56,883 nucleotides of DNA, taken from positions 1 through 56,883 of the forward strand of contig CALWYI010000001.1 in assembly GCA_944385715.1 (NCBI GenBank), written 5' to 3'. Under the pieces are notes generated by a model that worked only from the letters and a program-made list of their open reading frames with translations, ran no database searches and was not told where the DNA came from. The position numbers were made by a program, and so were the translations under genes. Shown one piece after another: positions 1 through 9,525 of this stretch; position 1 is the first letter of the stretch; the number at the start of each line of letters is the position of its first letter. The stretch comes from an uncultured Oscillospiraceae bacterium. Its GTDB lineage: Bacteria; Bacillota; Clostridia; Oscillospirales; Oscillospiraceae.

Positions 1-1203
1 GGGGTTGGAGGAGTAGCCGCCGATGTCCTTGCCCCAGGCGGAGAAGCCGTCGGCGGTGCAGGTCATGTAGGCGATGAAGGCGCAGGCGGTCCAGGGCAGG
101 GGGCTGTTGTCGGTGACGAACAGGTAGTGGCAGTAGCCGTAGCCGCCGATGCCGGTGTAGCCGTCATTGTAGGCCGCCACGGTGATGTTGTTCTTGGAGA
201 CGGAGGCGGACTCCTCCACGGAGCGCAGCTTGGAGTACACCAGAAGGCCGAACTGGTCAGTAGCGGATTTGTCCACCAGGGTGTTGCAGATGGGGCCGTC
301 GTCGGTCTGGGCGTTGTAGCTCTCCACCCACAGCTTGATCCAGGCCAGGGCGTACGCGCCGTCGGCGCCCAGGCCCAGGTCGGCGGCCTCGGACTCCATG
401 GCGGTGATGGTGGGCTGGAAGTAGGTCTGCTCGTCGGTGGACAGGGCCTCAAAGGCCTCCTTCAGCCAGGCGGCGTAGTCGTCACGGGTGAGCATGTACA
501 GGAAGTTCTTGCCAACGATCTCGGAGTCGATGTCCATGAAGAGACCGTGCTCGCCTTCCGCCACAAAGTCCCAGCAGTTGTCATAGCTCCTGCTGCCGGT
601 GTTGTTGTACATAAAGACCTTGTTGAGGGTCTGGAGGGGCAGATAGCCCTCGTGGGCGTCGGGGGTGGTGCCGTTGGCGTCCGCCCAGTCCTTGGGGATA
701 AAGGTGTCCAGGATGCCGGTCTGGACCATCTTGGACTCGATCTGGTTGCCGTCCTGGATGAGGGTCATGGCAAAGGTGCCGGTGTCCTTCAGGGAGTCGG
801 CGGTGAGCTGATCGAAGATCTTGTTGTTCTTGGGCTGCTGCCAGTCGAACTCCATAGTGTAGCTGGGGTCGATGGTCTGCAGGTACTCGATGAACAGGGG
901 CAGGGCGCTCTTGCCGCGGCTGGAGTTGCCCACGCCGTAGAAGGTCTTGCCGTTGGACTCCTCGATGGCCTTCTGGGCCAGCTCCTCCAGGGTCATGGTC
1001 TGGGCCTCCTGGATGATCTTCTGGGTCTCCGTCAGGTCGGCGGGAGGCGTGGTGCTCTCATCGGTGCCGGCGGTGTCGCCGCCGGCGTTGTTGGCGGTGC
1101 TGTTGCCGGTGGTATTGGCGGCGTTGTTGCCGGTGTTGCCGCCGCAGGCCGCCAGGGTGAGGATCATGGCTCCCACCAGGAGCAGGGATAAGAATCGCTT
1201 CAT
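1..1203 (-). CDS. ABC-type solute-binding lipoprotein, C-terminally truncated by window edge (absent from supplied ORF track)
   Basis: Own translation of minus strand: ATG at 1203-1201 with GGAGGAG RBS upstream; MKRFLSLLLVGAMILTLAACGGNTGNN... = signal peptide + LAAC lipobox + Asn/Thr/Gly linker; frame stays open 401 codons to nt 1; listed + ORF 127..1191 is its GC shadow. Confidence 0.75.
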   Translation of the reverse strand, partial: MKRFLSLLLVGAMILTLAACGGNTGNNAANTTGNSTANNAGGDTAGTDESTTPPADLTETQKIIQEAQTMTLEELAQKAIEESNGKTFYGVGNSSRGKSALPLFIEYLQTIDPSYTMEFDWQQPKNNKIFDQLTADSLKDTGTFAMTLIQDGNQIESKMVQTGILDTFIPKDWADANGTTPDAHEGYLPLQTLNKVFMYNNTGSRSYDNCWDFVAEGEHGLFMDIDSEIVGKNFLYMLTRDDYAAWLKEAFEALSTDEQTYFQPTITAMESEAADLGLGADGAYALAWIKLWVESYNAQTDDGPICNTLVDKSATDQFGLLVYSKLRSVEESASVSKNNITVAAYNDGYTGIGGYGYCHYLFVTDNSPLPWTACAFIAYMTCTADGFSAWGKDIGGYSSNP

Positions 1204-1351
1204 GTTGTCTCCTCCTTCGTCATTTTCCATAAATTACAAGCTTCTTTTTCATGGTTTGCCTAGCACTTTTATTGTATGGGCACCCGGCTGGAAAAAACAG
1301 GGGACAAAACTGCGTTTTTTTGTTAACTTCTGCGAATTTTGTAATATGTGA

Positions 1352-1380
1352 TGAAAATACAGGCGGATGGGTGCTATAAT
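1352..1380 (+). promoter_or_regulatory. candidate sigma-A promoter with extended -10 (TGcTATAAT) for the SBP-kinase-regulator operon
   Basis: TATAAT 1375-1380 preceded by TGC; weak -35 tgaaaa 17 nt upstream; AT-rich divergent intergenic region. Confidence 0.4.
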
Positions 1381-1424
1381 TAGGCAAAATTTAGGAGAAG
1401 ACGGCGGGAGAGGGGGAAATCGAG

Positions 1425-2450
1425 GTGAAAAGACGGCTGGCGGGCGCGGTTCTGGCCGCGGCGCTGCTGCTGGCGGGTTGCTCCGTCGGAAGCAACGCCC
1501 TGCCGCCGGAGTACGTCCCCGGCGAGGAGGAGCGCCTGGTGGTCTACACCTCCCACAAGGAGGAGGTGTGGTGGCCCATTGTCAAGGAGTTCGAGGAGCG
1601 CACCGGCATCTGGGTGGACGTGGTCACCGGCGGCAGCATTGAGCTGCTCCAGCGGATCGAGCGGGAGAGCGAGAGCCCTCAGGCGGATGTGATGTTCGGC
1701 GGCGGCGTGGAGAGCCTGGAGGCCTACGGGCCGTATTTCAGCCCCTATGTCTGCGCTGAGCGGGACAGCATCCAGGAGCAGTTCTGCTCCCCGGAGGCCC
1801 TGTGGACCCCCTTCTCCGCCCTGCCGGTGGTGCTGGTGTACAACCCCAAGCTGGTGGAGCCGTCGTGGCTGACGGCCTGGAGCGATCTCCTGGACCAGCG
1901 GTTCCGGGGGGAGATCGCCTTCTCTGATCCGGAGATCTCCGGCTCCTCCTATACCGGGCTGGTTACCCTGACCTATGCCCTGGGGGGCGAGCGGGACGCG
2001 GCGCTGCAGGCCTTTGCCGCCAATCTGGAGGGCCGGCAGCTGGAGAGCTCCGGCGACGTCCTCACCGCCGTGGCGGGGGGCAGCGACTGGGTGGGGGTCA
2101 CCCTGGAGGAGACCGTCCTCAAGCAGATCGCCGCCGGGCAGGATCTGGCCATGGTCTACCCGGCGGACGGCACCAGCCTGGTGCCCGACGGCTCCGCCCT
2201 GGTGAAGGGGGCGCCCCACGGGGACAACGCGGAGCGGTTTCTGGACTTTACGGTGAGCCTGGATGTGCAGCAGATGCTGGCCCAGCAGCTGTACCGCCGC
2301 TCCGTGCGGGAGGACGTGGCCCCGGGGGGAGAGCTGCGCCCCCTGGAGGAGATCCCCCTGGTAGATTATGATGTGAGCTGGGCCAGCGAGAACCGGGACA
2401 GCATCCTGATGAGCTGGGCCTTCTATCTGGGCGGGGAGGAGACGCCATGA
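1425..2450 (+). CDS. extracellular solute-binding lipoprotein (Fe3+/thiamine-type SBP fold) co-transcribed with a sensor kinase
   Basis: GTG start; VKRRLAGAVLAAALLLAGCSVGS lipobox; VVYTSHKEE...ADVMFGG pattern typical of SBP_bac_6-like binding proteins; stop overlaps next start (ATGA). Confidence 0.8.
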   Translation: MKRRLAGAVLAAALLLAGCSVGSNALPPEYVPGEEERLVVYTSHKEEVWWPIVKEFEERTGIWVDVVTGGSIELLQRIERESESPQADVMFGGGVESLEAYGPYFSPYVCAERDSIQEQFCSPEALWTPFSALPVVLVYNPKLVEPSWLTAWSDLLDQRFRGEIAFSDPEISGSSYTGLVTLTYALGGERDAALQAFAANLEGRQLESSGDVLTAVAGGSDWVGVTLEETVLKQIAAGQDLAMVYPADGTSLVPDGSALVKGAPHGDNAERFLDFTVSLDVQQMLAQQLYRRSVREDVAPGGELRPLEEIPLVDYDVSWASENRDSILMSWAFYLGGEETP

Positions 2451-4075
2451 GGAAAATTCTGTCCGGCTCCTTCCGCATGCGGCTGGCGGACTCCGCCGCC
2501 GGTCAGGCGGAATCCAATCTCAGCAGCGTGTGCCACACGTTGGACAACCTCTATGAAGGGCTCCTCCGGGCCGCGGAGGCCCTGGAGGAGGATCCCCTGG
2601 TGTCTGACGCCCTGCTGGGCGGTCAGGAGGAAAACACCAGGGTCTACAGCAGTCTCTTCAGCGTGACGGAGGGCCTGCGGGAATACGCCCGCTTTGACCT
2701 CTATGACCCGGCGGGCACCTGCCGCTACTCCACCCAGAGCGGCTCCGCCCAGCCGGAGCTGCCCACCGACTGGGGCGTACTCCAGAAGGCGGGCGGGGAG
2801 CGGCTGCGCTTCGTGGCCTGCGAGGACGTGGCTGACGCCGCTGAGCCCCAGCTCCAGGGGGCGGCAGTGCTGACGGACGGCGACGGCGAGACGGCGGGCT
2901 TCCTGGTGGTGAGCCTCTACCAGAGCAACCTGCGCAGGCTGCTGGAGGGGACCTACGGCAGCCAGAACGACCTGCTGCTCTTCAGCCGCTTCTGGCGGCC
3001 GGTATACTGCGCCCAGTCCGCCCTGGCGGAGAGCCTGGGGCCGGAGCTGCGCCGCCGGGTGCTGGCGGGGGAGTCCCTGGACGGCGCGGCGGAGGGCTTT
3101 TTGTACAGCGTGACCTACCACCCGGACATGGAGCTGTACCTGGTGCTCCAGCGGCCCCAGGTGATGAACCGGGAGACCACGGGCCTTCTCTACACCGTCA
3201 GCGCGGGCAGCGCCCTGTTCTGCGTGGGCATCTCCGTGCTGATGAGCCTGACACTGAGCCGGCAGATGTTCCAGCCCATCCAGCGTCTGCGCTCGGCCAT
3301 CGGGGAGGTGGAGCGGAACAACTTGGACGTGACGGTGCCCGACCAGCGGGACGACGAGCTGGGGGAGCTGGCTCGGCGGTTCAACGGGATGCTGGTGGCC
3401 CTCAAGCACAACCAGCAGGAGTTGGTGGAGAACCAGCGGGAGCTCAACCAGGCCCAGATCCGCATGCTCCAGGCCCAGCTGAATCCCCACTTCCTCTGCA
3501 ACACCCTGGACACCATGAAATGGATCAGCAAGATCAACGAGGTGCCCCAGGTGGCCCTCATGTCCACCAACCTGGCGGACATCCTCCGCTTCTGCATCTC
3601 TCCGGAGGAGTTTGTGCCCCTGCGGCGGGAGGTGGCCATCCTGGAGCGGTACATCGAAATCCAGCGGATCCGCCTCTCGGGGGCCTTCTCCTTCGCCGCG
3701 GACATCCCCCTGGAGCTGGAGGACTGCCTGGTGCCGAAGATGATCCTCCAGCCCCTGGTGGAAAACGCCATCCTCCACGGCCTGGAGGGGGTGGAGAACG
3801 GCGTCGTCCGGGTGACGGCCCGGAGAACGGCGGACGGCCTGCTGCGCATCACCGTGGAGGACAACGGAAAGGGCCTCCCGGCGGACATGACGGGCGCCTA
3901 CGCCCACAGGAACCGGGAGCTGTCCCGGGGCCATCTGGGACTCTATAATGTGGACACTATCCTGCGCAAATACTACGGGGCGGACTGCGGCCTGGAGCTG
4001 GCCCCGGGACCCGGGGGAAGGGGCGCGGTGATCACCGCCACGCTGCCCCTGCGGGAGGAGGAGAGAACATGCTGA
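2447..4075 (+). CDS. sensor histidine kinase, YesM/LytS-type (HAMP + His_kinase + HATPase_c)
   Basis: single TM (LLYTVSAGSALFCVGISVLMSL) then HAMP; QAQLNPHFLCNTLDT H-box of the PF06580-type family; PLVENAILHGL N-box; translationally coupled to flanking genes. Confidence 0.85.
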   Translation: MRKILSGSFRMRLADSAAGQAESNLSSVCHTLDNLYEGLLRAAEALEEDPLVSDALLGGQEENTRVYSSLFSVTEGLREYARFDLYDPAGTCRYSTQSGSAQPELPTDWGVLQKAGGERLRFVACEDVADAAEPQLQGAAVLTDGDGETAGFLVVSLYQSNLRRLLEGTYGSQNDLLLFSRFWRPVYCAQSALAESLGPELRRRVLAGESLDGAAEGFLYSVTYHPDMELYLVLQRPQVMNRETTGLLYTVSAGSALFCVGISVLMSLTLSRQMFQPIQRLRSAIGEVERNNLDVTVPDQRDDELGELARRFNGMLVALKHNQQELVENQRELNQAQIRMLQAQLNPHFLCNTLDTMKWISKINEVPQVALMSTNLADILRFCISPEEFVPLRREVAILERYIEIQRIRLSGAFSFAADIPLELEDCLVPKMILQPLVENAILHGLEGVENGVVRVTARRTADGLLRITVEDNGKGLPADMTGAYAHRNRELSRGHLGLYNVDTILRKYYGADCGLELAPGPGGRGAVITATLPLREEERTC

Positions 4076-4824
4076 AGGTACTGGTCGTGGAGGACGAGGA
4101 GATGATCCGCCGGGGCATCGTGCTGGCGGTGGACTGGGCGGCCCTGGACTGCGTGGTGGTGGGGGAGGCTGCCAACGGGGAGGAGGCCCTGGAGGCGGTG
4201 GAGCGCTACCGCCCCTCCCTCATCATCACCGACCTGAAAATGCCTAAAATGGACGGCATCGAGATGCTGCGGCGGCTGCGGGAGGGGGGAAATCAGGCCT
4301 ATGTCATCATCCTCACCGCCTACGACAGCTTTGCCTATGCCCAGAGCGCTCTGCGCCTGGGGGCGGTGGACTTCCTGCTCAAGCCCTTCCACGACGGGGA
4401 GCTGGAGCAGGCGGTGCAGATCCTCCGCCGCCGCATGGACCAGGAGGCGGGAGGCCGTCAGGCCGACCTGCCCCCCATGCTGGGCCTCAAAAAGGGGGAC
4501 AAGAGCAAGTATGTCCTTGAGGCCATGGACTACATCGGGTCCCACTACCAGGACCCCAATATCACCGTGGGGGAGATCGCCCAGCATCTGGGCCTCAGCG
4601 AGGGGCACCTGAGCCACACCTTCAAGAAGGAGACGGACTACACCCTTCTCAACTACCTCACCCGCTATCGGATCCACAAGGCCATGGAGCTGCTGCGGGA
4701 CTGCCGGATGAAGGTATACGAGGTGGCGGAGCAGGTGGGCTACCGGGACATCACCTACTTTTCCGCCACCTTCAAGAAGCTGGTGGGCATCAACCCATCG
4801 GAGTACCAGGACACCAGCCGGTAG
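4069..4824 (+). CDS. response regulator, CheY receiver + AraC/XylS HTH (YesN-like)
   Basis: MLKVLVVEDEEMIRRG, DLKMPKMDG receiver motifs; C-terminal YRDITYFSATFKKLVG AraC-type HTH; overlaps kinase stop by 7 nt. Confidence 0.9.
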   Translation: MLKVLVVEDEEMIRRGIVLAVDWAALDCVVVGEAANGEEALEAVERYRPSLIITDLKMPKMDGIEMLRRLREGGNQAYVIILTAYDSFAYAQSALRLGAVDFLLKPFHDGELEQAVQILRRRMDQEAGGRQADLPPMLGLKKGDKSKYVLEAMDYIGSHYQDPNITVGEIAQHLGLSEGHLSHTFKKETDYTLLNYLTRYRIHKAMELLRDCRMKVYEVAEQVGYRDITYFSATFKKLVGINPSEYQDTSR

Positions 4825-4867
4825 GGGCGGAGAGGCCCCGCTGCCGTGTTTTAAGGGAGGAAACCTT

Positions 4868-5638
4868 ATGATTCGTTTGATCGCCAGCGATATCGACGGC
4901 ACTCTGCTCCAGGGGGACGAGAGCACCCTGCGCCCGGCCCTGTTCGGCGAGATCCGCCGCCTGCGGGAGAAAGGTATTTTATTCTGCCCCGCCAGCGGCC
5001 GGCAGTATCACAGCCTGCGGCGGCTGTTCGCGCCGGTGGCCGGCGAGCTGGCCTATCTCTGTGAGAACGGGGCGGCGGTGTACGGCCCCGGCAGCCCGGG
5101 CCCTCTGCTGGGCAAGACGGTGATGGAGCGGGGACGGGCCCTGACCCTGTGCCGGGAAATCCTGGCCATGCCCCACTGCGAGGTGCTGATCTCCGGGGTC
5201 AGCACCAGCTACCTGTGTCCCAAGGAGCAGGACATCGTGGACCATATCCGCTACTTTGTGGGCAATGACGTGACGCTGGTGCCCTCCCCGGAGGCCATCG
5301 GGGAGGAGATCATCAAGGTGTCCGCCTACTGCCGGGAGGGCGCCCGGCAGGTGGAGCCCCGAATGGCCCCCAAGTGGGGGACGGAGTTTCGCTGCGCGGT
5401 GGCGGGGGAGAAGTGGCTGGACTTCACCCTGGCGGACAAGGGGGTGGGCCTGCGCTGTCTGTGCGCCGCCCTGGGGGTGGACCTTGGGGAGGTGGCGGCC
5501 TTCGGCGACAACGACAACGACCTGCCCATGCTGCGCCTGGCGGGGACGCCCTATATCATGGCCGGAGCCGCCCCCCACCTGTGCCAGCAGTTTGCCAATC
5601 AGTGCCGGCGGGTGGAGGATATCTTGGGTACATGGTAA
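4868..5638 (+). CDS. Cof-type HAD-IIB phosphatase
   Basis: IASDIDGTLL motif I, GDNDNDLPML motif IV; GGAGG RBS upstream. Confidence 0.85.
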   Translation: MIRLIASDIDGTLLQGDESTLRPALFGEIRRLREKGILFCPASGRQYHSLRRLFAPVAGELAYLCENGAAVYGPGSPGPLLGKTVMERGRALTLCREILAMPHCEVLISGVSTSYLCPKEQDIVDHIRYFVGNDVTLVPSPEAIGEEIIKVSAYCREGARQVEPRMAPKWGTEFRCAVAGEKWLDFTLADKGVGLRCLCAALGVDLGEVAAFGDNDNDLPMLRLAGTPYIMAGAAPHLCQQFANQCRRVEDILGTW

Positions 5639-5646
5639 GACGGTGT

Positions 5647-5685
5647 AAAAAAGAGCATTGGACCGCCTGCGCAGGTCCAATGCTC
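5647..5685 (-). terminator. intrinsic terminator downstream of the minus-strand operon (also closes Cof gene)
   Basis: 12-bp stem gagcattggacc/ggtccaatgctc; on minus strand followed by tttttta. Confidence 0.7.
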
Positions 5686-5709
5686 AAATTATTGCCTCAC
5701 ACGCCCGGG

Positions 5710-6135
5710 TTACCGGGCGTTCTTCTTTTGTGCCAGGGCGTTGGTGTCGATGGTGCCGCGGAACACCACCAGCCGGTCGTAGAGGTACTCCAGGATGAAG
5801 TTGGCGGCCATGTTGAGAACGGTCACCAGGTACTCGTTCCACCCCAGGGTGTCCGCCAGGAAGCTGCCAAGAAGGGTGGAGGCGGGGGTAAAGACGCAGT
5901 AGAACAGGAACACCAGGGCCATGGCCTTGGGCACGTTGTTGGCGGACTGAAAGGTGTAGCGCCGGTTGAGGGTGAAGTTCCACAGCACCGACAGCACCAG
6001 GGCGATGAGGTAGCAGGGCCAGTAGCTCCAGCGGGTCAGCTCGTTGAGCAGGGAGAAGGCGGTGATCTCAATGATCCCGGCGGAGATGGAGAAGAGGAGA
6101 AATTTCAGCGAGCGGAGCAGTTCTTTCCTGGACAT
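5710..6135 (-). CDS. GtrA-family membrane protein
   Basis: 141 aa, four hydrophobic segments, N-terminal LKFLLFSISAGIIEITAFSLL typical of GtrA-like proteins; 12 nt downstream of kinase gene. Confidence 0.75.
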   Translation of the reverse strand: MSRKELLRSLKFLLFSISAGIIEITAFSLLNELTRWSYWPCYLIALVLSVLWNFTLNRRYTFQSANNVPKAMALVFLFYCVFTPASTLLGSFLADTLGWNEYLVTVLNMAANFILEYLYDRLVVFRGTIDTNALAQKKNAR

Positions 6136-6147
6136 GGCATGTCCTCC

Positions 6148-7749
6148 TTATTGTCCGGCGCCGTTGAGGGCCCGGAAGTTCTTGCGGTTGGAGCGGTAGA
6201 GCTCCTTGAACACCGCGTAGTAGGGCTGGTAGGCGGCGGACCGCCCTGGGTCCGGCATGTACCGGGCCTCGGCGGGAATGAGGGAGCGGACCACATCCAG
6301 GCTGGGAATGAGCCCCAGCCCCGCGGCCATCACCGCTGCGGCCCCCACGGAGCCCGCGTTCTGGGGGCTTGCCACCACTTCGATGGTCCGTCCGGTGATA
6401 TCCGCCAGCCGCTGGCAGGTGACGGGGGAGAGGGCACCGCCCCCCACAAAGCGGACGGGGTCGGAGGTCTTGACCTTCTTGTCCTGGCACTCCAGCATCC
6501 ATCTCAGGTGGAAGCAGGTGCCGTCCAGCACCGCGCTGATCATCTCCGTCTTGCCGGTGTCCAGCCGGATGTTGAAAAACATGCCGGCGGCGCAGGGGTC
6601 CTCGAAGGGGCAGCGGTTGCCGTGGAGCCAGGGGGTGAAGATCACGCCGCCGGAGCCGGGAGGCACGTCCCGGACCGTATCCGTCAGGTAGTCGTAGAGG
6701 CTGGTGTACACCGCCTCCTGGCTGTGAGCCACGTCCTGCTTCTGAAGGTAGATGCCGATCTCATCCAGGGCCAGGTGGTCCTTCACCCACTCCAGGCACT
6801 TCCCGGCGGTCTCCATCTCGGCAAAGTAGTTGAACCGGCCCGGCTGGGCCCCCACGATGGCGGCGATCATGGCGGTGACGTCCACCTGCTGGCGGTCCGT
6901 CACCGTGGACACCCAGCCGGAGGTGCCGCAGTAGATGTGGGTGCTGCCCAGGGCGGTGGCCCCGGCCCCCACGCCGATGAGGGAGGCGTCCCCGCCGCCG
7001 CCGAACACCGGAGTGCCGGCCATGAGCCCCAGCTCCCCGGCGGCCTGATCCGTGAGGCCGCCGATCCGCTCCGTGGCCTCGGCAATACGTGGCAAGTGTG
7101 ACTGCTTTACACCAAACATCCGGCAGAGGGTGTCGCTCCACGCCTCCTTGCCCTTCCGGGTGTCGTAGAGGAAGGTGGCGTAGGCGCTGTCCCGGGTCAT
7201 CACCGCCTCCCCGGTGCAGCGGAGGATCAGATACTCCTTCACGTCCAGCCACTTCCATACCCGGCGGAAGTACTCCGGCTCATTTTCCTCCACCCATTTG
7301 TACTTCCATAAGGGGTCCTTGACGCTGCTGGACACCGCCCCGGTGAGGCGCAGGCTGGTCAGCAGCTTCCCCACATTGGCCCCGGCGACCTGGAGGCCGT
7401 GGGCCAGCCCCTTCCGCAGCTGGGCCCCGGCCCGCTGGTCCATGTAGCTCATGGCCCGGCGGACGGGACGGCCCTCCCGGTCCACCAGCACCAGGCCCTG
7501 CATCTGGGAGCAGAAGGAGAGGCCCGCCACCTGCTCCGGCTTTACGCCGGCCTTGGCGAAGATAGCCCTGGTGGTGGCGCACATGGCCTCCCACCACTGG
7601 TCCGGATCCTGCTCGGCCCCTCCGTCCGGAAGAATGTAAAGGTCATATCCTTGCTGGGCACTGGCTGCCAGCTCGATGGTCTGATCGATGGAAAACAGAC
7701 AGGTTTTCACCCCTGTGGTGCCGATATCGTAGGCTAACACATAGGTCAT
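6148..7749 (-). CDS. FGGY-family carbohydrate kinase (xylulokinase/ribulokinase-like)
   Basis: MTYVLAYDIGTTGVKTCLF phosphate-1 motif, FGGGGDA, FVGGGALS; AGGAGGG RBS. Confidence 0.85.
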   Translation of the reverse strand: MTYVLAYDIGTTGVKTCLFSIDQTIELAASAQQGYDLYILPDGGAEQDPDQWWEAMCATTRAIFAKAGVKPEQVAGLSFCSQMQGLVLVDREGRPVRRAMSYMDQRAGAQLRKGLAHGLQVAGANVGKLLTSLRLTGAVSSSVKDPLWKYKWVEENEPEYFRRVWKWLDVKEYLILRCTGEAVMTRDSAYATFLYDTRKGKEAWSDTLCRMFGVKQSHLPRIAEATERIGGLTDQAAGELGLMAGTPVFGGGGDASLIGVGAGATALGSTHIYCGTSGWVSTVTDRQQVDVTAMIAAIVGAQPGRFNYFAEMETAGKCLEWVKDHLALDEIGIYLQKQDVAHSQEAVYTSLYDYLTDTVRDVPPGSGGVIFTPWLHGNRCPFEDPCAAGMFFNIRLDTGKTEMISAVLDGTCFHLRWMLECQDKKVKTSDPVRFVGGGALSPVTCQRLADITGRTIEVVASPQNAGSVGAAAVMAAGLGLIPSLDVVRSLIPAEARYMPDPGRSAAYQPYYAVFKELYRSNRKNFRALNGAGQ

Positions 7750-7761
7750 GGCGATTCCCTC

Positions 7762-8454
7762 CTACCGTTCGTCCCTGTGGACGATGTCTGTCCGCTCCCA
7801 GGTGAAAGCGGACTCCAGAAATTTCAGCAGCTCCTCCTCCATCCGCTCCGGGTTCCAGGGTCCTTCGCCCTCATAGAGGGCCATCCGCGCCCGGTAGTAG
7901 TCGCAGCAGCAGGAGAACTGGAGCATCATCAGGAGATTATCAAAGAAGAAAGCAAAGAATCGGGGATCCATGTCCCGCCGCAGGTCCCCCTGGGCCTGGG
8001 CCTCTGCGATGTAGGCGGTGTAGAGCCGGGCGGTGACCGCCTCGATCTCCTCCGCCAACGCGCGGGCTCGATCCCCGCTGGCGGTGGTGATCTGGTGGTA
8101 CATGCGGATGTGGCTGGGATGGTCCCGGCAGAAATCCCCCAGGGCCCGGATGATGCCTGCGGCGTAGCGGAGGAGCTTATCCTCCCGGGCGGTGACCGCC
8201 GCCAGGGCCTCCTCCAGAGCGGAGAGGCTGTGGCGCAGACAGGCCTGGAAGAAGTCCTCCTTGTCGGCGTAGTACTTGTAGAGCACCCCAACGCTGATGT
8301 GGGCGTCTCTAGCGATGGCAGCCATGCCGGCCCCGTGAAGGCCGTGCTCCGCAAAGGCGGCGATCCCGGCCTCCAGGATCTGCTCCCGCTGCGCCTCTGT
8401 CAGTTTTTTCCCCAAGCTGTTCTCACCCCTTCCGCTTGGCGTACTGGGTGACAT
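7762..8454 (-). CDS. TetR/AcrR-family transcriptional regulator
   Basis: N-terminal HTH AGMAAIARDAHISVGVLYKYYADKEDFF; listed ATG overlaps aldolase stop by 32 nt, an internal TTG (about 8415) is an alternative start. Confidence 0.8.
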   Translation of the reverse strand: MSPSTPSGRGENSLGKKLTEAQREQILEAGIAAFAEHGLHGAGMAAIARDAHISVGVLYKYYADKEDFFQACLRHSLSALEEALAAVTAREDKLLRYAAGIIRALGDFCRDHPSHIRMYHQITTASGDRARALAEEIEAVTARLYTAYIAEAQAQGDLRRDMDPRFFAFFFDNLLMMLQFSCCCDYYRARMALYEGEGPWNPERMEEELLKFLESAFTWERTDIVHRDER

Positions 8455-9520
8455 AGATCATGCGCTGGAGCAGGGCGTCCTCCCGCTCCAGGGGATGGCA
8501 GCCGGGTACGGCGTCGGCAAAGCGGCGGGCAAGGCACCCCTTTTCCAGCAGCCGGGCGACGACCGCCGCCTCCTCCGGAGAGTTGCCGACGCAGAGGGCG
8601 CCCTGGCCGGCCAGCAGCACGGCGCTGTGGGCCCAGAGACCTCGGGTGATTTGGGAAGGCTGGGGAGCGATGCACCGGATATCCGCCCCGGCGATCTGGG
8701 CCAGATCGTCCAGCAGGGGCCGCAGGGTCCTGCCCTGTCGGCTCACCACCACCGTGTGGCGGCCCCGCCAGTGGGTGACGGCCTGCACGTCGAAGGCCCG
8801 GTATACGGCGGCGTGGAGGGCGGCAGGCCCTGTGAGACGGGGATCGTGGAGGTGCCAGATCCTGTCCTCGCCGCCGAGGGTCAGGCAGAAGGCGTTGCCC
8901 AGCCGCCGGCTTTTCCCCAGGTCTGGCGCGGCGGTACCGGCGAGGGCGGGGGGCAGCACCGATTCCAACAGCTGGCGGCACACCGCCTCCAGGGCCGCCG
9001 CCGCCGCGAAGGCCTCCGCCATGTCCCGGCCCAGGCACAGGGCTCCGTGGCTGCGGAGCAGAACGGCGGGGCTTCCGGGAAAGGCCGCCAGCTCCCGGGC
9101 CACCGCCCGGCGGAGCTTGTCGGTGGAGGGAAGGCCGTATCCGGCGCAGGGGATCCGCCCCCCCAGCAGGGGGTGGTCGGTGACGATGGGCCGTCCGGCA
9201 GTGCTGCATACGCTGGCCAGGTCCTGGTGGGTGTGAATGACTACGTTGACGTCCCGGTGGAGGCGGTAGGCGTCGGCGTGGATGCCCCGCTCGCTGGAGG
9301 GCTTGCGGGGGCCCTGCCAGGCGTCGCTCAGGCCGTCCACCAGCACCAGATGCTCCTCCGTCATGGTGTCGTAGGCCATGCCGCTGGGGGTGATGACGAA
9401 CCGGGATTCCGACACCCGGGCGCTGACATTGCCCCAGGTCCGGGCCACCAGGCCCTCCGCCAGCAGCTTCTGCCCTGCCTCCACCACGATCCTTCTGGCT
9501 TCAGCCTCTGTATAGGCCAT
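8423..9520 (-). CDS. class II aldolase/adducin-family protein with extra C-terminal aldolase-like half domain
   Basis: ARTWGNVSAR, VVIHTHQ metal-binding His pair; residues ~220-365 repeat the ...VLLAGQGALCVGNSPEEA... pattern; GGAGGTG RBS. Confidence 0.8.
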   Translation of the reverse strand: MAYTEAEARRIVVEAGQKLLAEGLVARTWGNVSARVSESRFVITPSGMAYDTMTEEHLVLVDGLSDAWQGPRKPSSERGIHADAYRLHRDVNVVIHTHQDLASVCSTAGRPIVTDHPLLGGRIPCAGYGLPSTDKLRRAVARELAAFPGSPAVLLRSHGALCLGRDMAEAFAAAAALEAVCRQLLESVLPPALAGTAAPDLGKSRRLGNAFCLTLGGEDRIWHLHDPRLTGPAALHAAVYRAFDVQAVTHWRGRHTVVVSRQGRTLRPLLDDLAQIAGADIRCIAPQPSQITRGLWAHSAVLLAGQGALCVGNSPEEAAVVARLLEKGCLARRFADAVPGCHPLEREDALLQRMIYVTQYAKRKG

Positions 9521-9525
9521 ATCCC

